DNA from: Candidatus Poribacteria bacterium
Lineage (GTDB): Bacteria; Poribacteria; WGA-4E; WGA-3G
NCBI GenBank assembly: GCA_964291315.2
Contig: OZ219753.1
Coordinates: 2,048,001 to 2,112,000 of the forward strand
Direction of reading: 5' to 3'
DNA: 64,000 nt
Under the pieces are notes generated by a model. It saw only the letters and a list, made by a program, of their open reading frames with translations. It was not told where the DNA came from and ran no database searches. The position numbers and the translations under genes are program-made. Positions 58,101 to 64,000 of this stretch are shown here, in pieces. Within the stretch, counting starts at the first letter, position 1. The number at the start of each line of letters is the position of its first letter.

Positions 58101-58234
58101 GCATCACGTCGTTCCCACTCCAATAAGTCATAAGGATGAACATCTGGATTTGTAAAATAGGGCGTGAATGTAAGGCCCATTCGATCCCCCTCGTTGGAAT
58201 TCTTCGGAAAAGTTATCTCTCCGTCAACTGTCAT
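55103..58234 (-). CDS. nrdJ: Class II (adenosylcobalamin-dependent) ribonucleotide reductase
   Basis: FNSPVWFN, SACFI, GGTTRRAAKM, NPCSEY, CNLASINL, APTGTIS, GAISKTVN, YRDGSK, TSCPD domain and zinc ribbon; start may be 58180. Confidence 0.95.
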   Translation of the reverse strand: MTVDGEITFPKNSNEGDRMGLTFTPYFTNPDVHPYDLLEWERRDAIIYNEKGDVIFKQEQVEVPANWTQLATDIAASKYFRKAGVPDTGAEDSVRQLVTRVARTLRRAGEEFGGYFATAEDAQTFEMELTHILATQRAAFNSPVWFNCGLWHEYNIEGGGGSYYWDRNKKSVQVTTNAYEHPQNSACFIQSVDDSLDSMLDLQKSEVRLFKYGSGTGSNFSQVRAKGELLSGGGESSGVLSFLEGFDRWAGSIKSGGTTRRAAKMVILDMDHPEIVDYIDWKLREENKAKALIAAGYPADFNGEAYSTVSGQNSNNSVRIPDDFMRAYLQGDSWKTTYRTTGEVAEEYDARTLMEKITYAAWACADPGVQFDSTIQKWHTCKNTDRINASNPCSEYLFLDDSACNLASINLAKFLTDDNTFDIEGFRATVRVFITAMEIIVNLSSYPTAKIAQRSHEYRPLGLGYANLGALLMRLGVPYDSAQAVAYAGSITAILTGHGYRTSAEIAKSIGTFNGYANNRDPMLDVIQLHRDAAYALDEAVCPPELLDAAKSDWDICLQTGEQWGYRNSQVSVIAPTGTISFLMDCDTTGIEPEFALVKFKKLAGGGYMKIVNQSVRDALHNLGYTLQQTESIITYLVGTGTFDGTPHINSETLKRKGFTQADIARVAETLPSAFDLNLAFAPGFLGEDCLKRLGITEEEAAAPNFNLLSTIGFDEDEITTAEEVICGTGTVEGAPHLSATHYPVFDCAVQCGKYGTRYINHMGPLKMMAAVQPFISGAISKTVNVPHDATVEDIKTLYVEAWRTGVKCLAVYRDGSKGSQPLSTRSQQDTEDERTRVALKDPVELPPEHPTRRRLPDERRAIAHKFSIGGHEGYLHVGLYEDGSPGEVFLRMNKEGSVISGLMDSVAILTSVALQYGVPLESLVNKFSHVRFEPSGFTSNANIPMAKSIMDYVFRWLGEKFLSAEPQESQDALDFDEQLVPPEELHPFGHGSNGEAETWIEREKQIVLQYADAPPCLECGALMVRSGVCYRCANCGATSGCS

Positions 58235-58348
58235 ATCGACCTCTTCTTAGCTGTTGATGTGTTTGAAAAAATATTAACAAACCGATTTAGTATGATAATG
58301 TGTGTATAGACACACGTACAATTATAAAGGATTCCTATTAGTTTAGAA

Positions 58349-59623
58349 TTAACCTTCAACGATAATTCTATGATACCGTTTTTTGCCTGCTCGAAGCAGT
58401 AATGTGCTCTCCTCAATCAGATTCGTATCAACCACCGTGTCTATAGCATGACGCTGTTTCTCGTTGATGTAGGCACCGCCCTGCTGAACAAGGCGTCGTG
58501 CTTCACTGCGGGAACCCGCCAGTCCAACCTCATGGAACAGTTCTATGATCGGAATACCTCTCTCAAGCCGCTCAGATACAATAATGGTGGTAGGCATTGC
58601 GATATCGTCAAGGTTACCGCCGCCAAATGCTGCACGCGCCGCCGCGCGCGCCTTGCCTGCTTCCCCCTTTCCATGTGCAAGTTTCGTGGTTTCATAAGCA
58701 AGGACTTCCTTCGCCTCCCGAATCGCAGCATCCTTTAAATTTCCAAGCCGCCGGACTTCGTCCATCGGAAGAAAAGTGAAATAGGCCAAAAATCGAGCGA
58801 CATCTCGGTCATCAGTGTTAATCCAATACTGATAAAATTCATAAGGGGACGTGCGTTGAGCATCGAGCCAAACTGCACCGCCTGCGGTTTTCCCCATTTT
58901 CGCCCCGCTGGCGGTAGTGAGCAATGGAAAGGTGACAGCATGCACGCGTTCGCCTTCAATCCTGCGGATGAGTTCGACACCGGCAAGAATATTGCCCCAC
59001 TGATCGTCCCCGCCGAGTTGGAGGCAGCATCCATATTTTTGGAAGAGATGCAGATAATCGTACGCTTGGAGCAATTGATAGTTGAATTCAAGGAATGATA
59101 GTCCAAGCTCACGTTCAAGACGTTGCCGATATCCTTCTGCCCGAATCATCTCATTCACTCGGAAGTGCTTGCCAATGTCACGTAGAAATTCGACGTAATT
59201 GACAGCGAGCAACCAATCGGCATTGTTGAGAAATCCACCCGGTTTTGAGGCGATTTTCGAATCGCTAACACCGACTATTCCATTGTTAAGATTTAAATAA
59301 CGTTGGAGCTGCACAAGAATTCCTCTACCGTTGGTTGCAATTTGCTCCTGTGATAACATCGGGCGCATCTCGGTTTTGTCAGTCGGATCACCAATCATAG
59401 TTGTACCGCCACCAATGATCGCGATCGGTCTATGGCCCGCGCGCTGCAGGTGCGCCATCGCCATTATTGGGACAAGACTTCCGACGTGCAGGCTCGTTGC
59501 TGTTGCATCAAAGCCGACATAGTAAGTAACTTGTTCTTCAGATAGGAGGTGTGCGACCTGTTCCGCATTGGTAGTCTGTTTGATAAAACCGCGTTCATTC
59601 AGGGTTTCAAAGACGTTATGCAT
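58349..59623 (-). CDS. tyrS: Tyrosine--tRNA ligase
   Basis: Y.GFD.TA.SLHVGS (HIGH-like), EFNYQLLQAYD, GGDDQWGN, KMGKT, S4 domain. Confidence 0.97.
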   Translation of the reverse strand: MHNVFETLNERGFIKQTTNAEQVAHLLSEEQVTYYVGFDATATSLHVGSLVPIMAMAHLQRAGHRPIAIIGGGTTMIGDPTDKTEMRPMLSQEQIATNGRGILVQLQRYLNLNNGIVGVSDSKIASKPGGFLNNADWLLAVNYVEFLRDIGKHFRVNEMIRAEGYRQRLERELGLSFLEFNYQLLQAYDYLHLFQKYGCCLQLGGDDQWGNILAGVELIRRIEGERVHAVTFPLLTTASGAKMGKTAGGAVWLDAQRTSPYEFYQYWINTDDRDVARFLAYFTFLPMDEVRRLGNLKDAAIREAKEVLAYETTKLAHGKGEAGKARAAARAAFGGGNLDDIAMPTTIIVSERLERGIPIIELFHEVGLAGSRSEARRLVQQGGAYINEKQRHAIDTVVDTNLIEESTLLLRAGKKRYHRIIVEG

Positions 59624-60163
59624 TTCTTATCCTATTACAACTCATAATTTAGTTTTTGCAGAATTTGAGAAGCACTGTTCACATCGATATATTGGAAATT
59701 TACGAACGGCAGCCCACAGTAAATTGTTTGCAAACCTAATAAACAAGGGACACAATAGAGGAGTTAATAGTAAATTTCTCCTAGCAATTTAAGACAGAAA
59801 TTGGAAAAAGGAGCTCTTAGCGAAACATATTTGCTCCACATATTATATAGAATTTTTATGTCTTTTCGCAAATTATTCTCTTGATGTTTTTAAGGTTTGC
59901 CAATGTTTGGGGATTCGTTAAGGGCAACATCAAGGCATCTGCACCTTAGCAGTTCAATTACAGATCCGTCCAAATGTTCGCCTATAGTAGTTACCCTGCT
60001 CTGAAAAGTAAGTTACTTTCTGGATGTTAGATAGGTGTGTGCCGCAACAGATGACATGGGTATTTTCGAATATCTCGCTTCAGATGCTAAATTGAATCCG
60101 AATTACGCTTTAATTTTGTGCCGATACCGAGATGGAAACCGGCATTACAAGTAAAAAACATGT

Positions 60164-60898
60164 CTACTCTTCTTCCCTTTCCGCATAAGAATGTCCGCTG
60201 AAAATTGCGCGTATTTGCTCAGCTGTCTTTGGCCCCGAGAGCAACTTCGCAATTCGATCACCCTCTTCTTTCAACAAAGCTTTGACGTTTGTCAGCACTG
60301 CTTCGAGTTTGTCCCCCGGAAACTTACAGGCACCATTCTCATCCATATGGATAATTTCCCCCGGGGCTACATCCATACCTGCTATTGAGACCGGGACGTT
60401 GACAGCCTGAATCTCCATTGCGCCGTGTCCTGGGGTAATACCGCTTAGCAGGTATTGAAATTCCATTGGTCGGATTTCGTCAATGTCGCGGGATGGTCCA
60501 TTTGATATGGCACCGAGGCAGCCGACTGCTTTCATCGCTGCTGTCATATTGCCCCCAGCTAAGCCGACCTTGTTCTTGAATTCAGGAGGAAACTTCTGCT
60601 GAAACGCCAGAATCGTGGGCTTCTTAGAGGTGCCTAACGCATCAATAACATCCATAAAAGAGAACCCGGGATAGTTAGGGTCAGGCACGCCGTAAACGCA
60701 TGTCACTGCATAGCCTGCGACAGCACCGAGTTCAGGATACATGCAGCGGATAGTTGTATCCGTATACCAATTTTCTGTCCACGGATTGTAAAGTCCGAGG
60801 CAGAGCGGACTTGTTGGATACGTAGCGACTACATTCGTAATAGACGGAGTATCATATTCACGAAGTTCTGCCAACATTTCCTGTTTTGTTCCTGCCAT
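60164..60898 (-). CDS. RraA/HMG-CHA aldolase family protein
   Basis: DTPSITN, GYAVT, GG.M, G.SRD.DEI, V.PGEIIH.D.NG. Confidence 0.85.
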   Translation of the reverse strand: MAGTKQEMLAELREYDTPSITNVVATYPTSPLCLGLYNPWTENWYTDTTIRCMYPELGAVAGYAVTCVYGVPDPNYPGFSFMDVIDALGTSKKPTILAFQQKFPPEFKNKVGLAGGNMTAAMKAVGCLGAISNGPSRDIDEIRPMEFQYLLSGITPGHGAMEIQAVNVPVSIAGMDVAPGEIIHMDENGACKFPGDKLEAVLTNVKALLKEEGDRIAKLLSGPKTAEQIRAIFSGHSYAEREEE

Positions 60899-61006
60899 AT
60901 TGATTTTCCTTTTTAGTTATCAGAAATTCTTAAAGAGACTTTCTGATGGACAAGCTTCTTCTTTTACTGATTGCCCAGATCGAATTGCCTTGAGAGTTGA
61001 TAGCCA

Positions 61007-61885
61007 TTAGACGGGCATTGTCCTCCCGGCATACGCTCGTCCAATGCGAGCAGCTTCTTCACCGCCCCCGGTAATTTGGACACCAGCGTCAATACTCTCT
61101 TTAATTGTATCAGGTGACGTACTCTCCAAAAACTTAATGCCAGCAGCTTGGCATGCAGCAAAGACGCGATTTCGGGCATCTTCCAATTCTTGTGGACGCG
61201 GGGTCGGCGGGTTCATGTAACCAAAGGACATACTCATATCCCCGGGGCCCCATTCTGCGAAAGCGATGCCTGGGACCTGCGCGGTAACCTCAACATTTAC
61301 TAACGCTCGCCTGTTTTCAAATTTGAGTCCGAGCAGGAGTTCACCCTTAGGATTAAGTGGCCACGGATCAGCGACCTCAAGATATTCATTAGCAGAGATC
61401 CCCCAGATAGGTGCAGCGGAGGCCTGGCCTGCGGAGCCGCGCCGCCCGACTTCAAGTTGTGTACCGACCCCAACAGTCTGGAAAGGGTACCGGCAGGCTT
61501 CAACAAATGCCTTGACCGCTTCCGGAGATTCCGCATGGCAGAGTAGAAGCCCATGCACGCCGCGTGCAAGCAGCTGCCGCATCTGCCAACCGTTGGCTCG
61601 AATTACATCGGCACTGATACCATCAACCGGTAGCTCAACAATCACAGCTGGGGTTGTATGTCCGCTGTTTGTTGGACCGCCATCAACCAGTCCCCGCATG
61701 AAGTTATCCAATCCAGTGAGATCGAAACTTCCGTGCTCCATACCAATGTTAATATAGTCTGCCCACGTTTCTGCCATTGCGCGTCCGGCATCATAGTCCA
61801 GATCCGCGCCTGTGTGACTGCCAGTGTAGAAAACTGGCAGATCATTTTCGAGCAGCTCTATCGCTTTATTAATGCGTTTTGGCAT
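61007..61885 (-). CDS. HpcH/HpaI aldolase-citrate lyase family protein
   Basis: MEHG, LARGVHG.LLCH, K.EN, EWGPGDM.MS; start at MPKRIN behind AGGAG. Confidence 0.85.
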   Translation of the reverse strand: MPKRINKAIELLENDLPVFYTGSHTGADLDYDAGRAMAETWADYINIGMEHGSFDLTGLDNFMRGLVDGGPTNSGHTTPAVIVELPVDGISADVIRANGWQMRQLLARGVHGLLLCHAESPEAVKAFVEACRYPFQTVGVGTQLEVGRRGSAGQASAAPIWGISANEYLEVADPWPLNPKGELLLGLKFENRRALVNVEVTAQVPGIAFAEWGPGDMSMSFGYMNPPTPRPQELEDARNRVFAACQAAGIKFLESTSPDTIKESIDAGVQITGGGEEAARIGRAYAGRTMPV

Positions 61886-62500
61886 TCCCGTTCTCCTTGC
61901 TAACGTGTAAAATACAAAAAAGGTGGATCGCTTTTGAGCTATCTTCACCCAATTATGTAAAGATTATACGAAATTTAGGAATATGTCAACGAATTTTTTC
62001 AAATATGTGGAGTGTCGTAAAAACAAAAAATTTTGAGATTATTGACAAACCTAAAAGAATTAAGTAGACTAAAGAATGGGATTCGGCATCAAAATTTTCT
62101 GCAAGGAGCTATTAGGATTGTGAAAGCAATTGCAGTTAAATTACTGCCAGATGAACACCGCCCAAAATAATTGTGGATGATTAGAAAGAGCCGAATTCAC
62201 GAAAGTAGAAAAGGAATCCTCGTGAACGGATTTCTATGCCTACAGGCCCCAACAGATTCACACAAAAACGACGCTATTCCCGTCGTCCACGCTGTCGGAG
62301 ATTATTCGCGATTTAGCAAAAGGTGGACAGAAGCTAAACAGCCACTGCCCAACCCCCTTTGTAAATATATACAAACGCCTGGGATAGGCACAGGTTACAT
62401 TGTAAACTACACCTGTATTTATGAGATATTTTTTGAAAAGTGCAACTTTTTTTCAACTCGTTTGTAGTTATGGTAACCTCAAAACGGGCGGTGTTGCAAT

Positions 62501-63034
62501 ATGAACGAAGACAAATTCCTTGAGATGGTTCACGAACACAAGACTCAAATTTATCAGCACGCCCTTTATCTGCTCAGAAACCGAGAAGATGCAGAAGATA
62601 TAACACAGGAAACGTTCATAAAAGCGTGGGAAAATCGCGACAAGCTACGTCTGAACACTGCGCGTCCATGGCTGCTCAAATGCGCGCAGAATCTCTGTTT
62701 CAATCTGCTAAGGCGGCGGAAATTTCAGGAACCTTTAACAGAAGGTGATGAAGCGGAACTGGAGACGCTACTACACAAGCATACACACCGATCAAACCCA
62801 TCTCCTGATGAAATTGCTATCAAGCAAGAGCTCAAAGTATCAGTACATTGCGCGATCGGTAAACTGCCCCCAGAGATGCGATCGGTGATAATTATGCGGG
62901 AATTGGAAGGCATGAGTTTCAAGGAGATCGCGGAGGTATTAGAACAACCCGAAGGTACTGTGAAATCAACTGTATTCCGGGCCCGCAAGAAGTTGCGTGA
63001 ATTATTGCGACCCTACTGGAGAAGTAACGAATGA
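62501..63034 (+). CDS. ECF sigma factor
   Basis: DAEDITQETFIKAW, WL...A.N, LP...R.VI.MRE.EGMSF.EIA.VL..P.GTVKS..FRAR. Confidence 0.93.
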   Translation: MNEDKFLEMVHEHKTQIYQHALYLLRNREDAEDITQETFIKAWENRDKLRLNTARPWLLKCAQNLCFNLLRRRKFQEPLTEGDEAELETLLHKHTHRSNPSPDEIAIKQELKVSVHCAIGKLPPEMRSVIIMRELEGMSFKEIAEVLEQPEGTVKSTVFRARKKLRELLRPYWRSNE

Positions 63035-63588
63035 ATAAATTTTCTCACCCTCAAGATGCATCTTGTTTGCAGGTTCATAACACTTTAGAAGCATATCTTG
63101 CGGATGAATTAGATGCCAACACACATGCGAAAATAGAAGCACATATTGCATTTTGCCCAACGTGCCGAGATGAAGTTCACTTTGCGAAAACAATTGGCAA
63201 AACATTACAAGAACTCCCAAGACCTGAGCCACCGCAGGCGGTCTTCGATGCGGTTGAAGCTTATGTCCGAGCGCACCCAGGCAAGCGTGAAAAATGGTGG
63301 CATCGGTTATTTCGGTTATCTACACCGTCGAATAATCCGATTTTATCGCTTGTTCGATCAGGTGCATTGGTATGTCTGTTTGGAATTGCCGCGTTTAGTA
63401 TCCATCAATATCAGCAGCATCAAGAGATCGTGCAAGCTTCCATGGACCTTGATTATGCGATTAGTAAGTTAAATTACGCAGTAGAAAGGACCGGCATTGT
63501 CGTTAGAGAAAAACTCCCGAATGTCCAGATTGATGAGGCTTCCCGTCGCCGTTTGCTCAAATTGAAGAAACCTCAAGCCGGGTCCTGA
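63031..63588 (+). CDS. Zinc-binding (ZAS) membrane anti-sigma factor, C-terminus possibly truncated
   Basis: HxxxCxxC (HIAFCPTC), one TM helix; ATGA overlap with sigma gene. Confidence 0.85.
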   Translation: MNKFSHPQDASCLQVHNTLEAYLADELDANTHAKIEAHIAFCPTCRDEVHFAKTIGKTLQELPRPEPPQAVFDAVEAYVRAHPGKREKWWHRLFRLSTPSNNPILSLVRSGALVCLFGIAAFSIHQYQQHQEIVQASMDLDYAISKLNYAVERTGIVVREKLPNVQIDEASRRRLLKLKKPQAGS

Positions 63589-63706
63589 AACAGAAACGAG
63601 ATATTTCATCTGCGATTCACAGTAGTTTGGACAGCCTTAACTAGTTATTGAAAAATGCTTCGGATGCGGAGCACGATCAAAGCTCACAACAGAAAGGAAG
63701 AACGCC

Positions 63707-64000
63707 ATGAACAGCTCCACCTTTACAGCACTTTTGACACGTATAACACTTTTATTCACAGTCTGCTGCCTCTTCATGATAGGATGCCTTGTGACTAATG
63801 GGATAGCCGAAACGGAAACTGTCCCTGGTAAAATAGCGATGGATCCGCCGAACGTACCAGTCCCTAAAGTTGTAATCAACTTTAATCAGACATTCTTCAA
63901 CCTATTTATCAATTTTGGTATTGCAAGCATTCGAAACTCTGATGGAGACCAACCGGTGGGCCTGGCATCATATACCGAGTATGCTAATATGCTAAAGGGC
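63707..64000 (+). CDS. Exported protein of the ECF operon (partial, runs off window)
   Basis: AAAGGAAG RBS; MNSSTFTALLTRITLLFTVCCLFMIG...PGKI...PKVVINF...; open to the end. Confidence 0.6.
   Translation, partial: MNSSTFTALLTRITLLFTVCCLFMIGCLVTNGIAETETVPGKIAMDPPNVPVPKVVINFNQTFFNLFINFGIASIRNSDGDQPVGLASYTEYANMLKG

Noticed and set aside
1-64000. CRISPR arrays, tRNA/rRNA genes, intact transposases, integrases or reverse transcriptases
   Set aside because: None seen on either strand by manual reading.

Overview
Bacterial chromosomal window of moderate GC. It is most likely from a Candidatus Poribacteria-like organism; this is an inference from the sulfatase/PhyH/NIPSNAP content, the LRR+dockerin-like and lamin-tail-domain secreted proteins, and the C-terminal GKLTTRWGELK motif. 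Core content is a near-complete dcw cell-wall/division cluster (rsmH-ftsL-ftsI-murE-hydrolase-murF-ddl-mraY-murD-ftsW-murG-murC-ftsQ-ftsA-ftsZ, no mraZ or murB), RNase P RNA, class II ribonucleotide reductase, tyrS, RqcH/NFACT, catabolic enzymes and an ECF sigma/anti-sigma locus. Signals not shown by the ORF track: (1) an ArsC-like selenoprotein with an in-frame UGA in a UxxC motif; (2) an orphan Type III-like DNA methyltransferase split by a +1 frameshift in a C8 tract (candidate phase variation); (3) a truncated FGE-sulfatase/C-type-lectin cassette whose 3' end resembles a DGR variable repeat followed by a small hairpin; (4) a canonical sigma54 -24/-12 box directly upstream of the dcw cluster; (5) a ~660-nt structured leader with a G9/C9 tract ahead of a large surface protein; (6) a PorV-like gene plus a short C-terminal motif that may be a secretion signal. 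Product calls rest on motif recognition; no searches were run.
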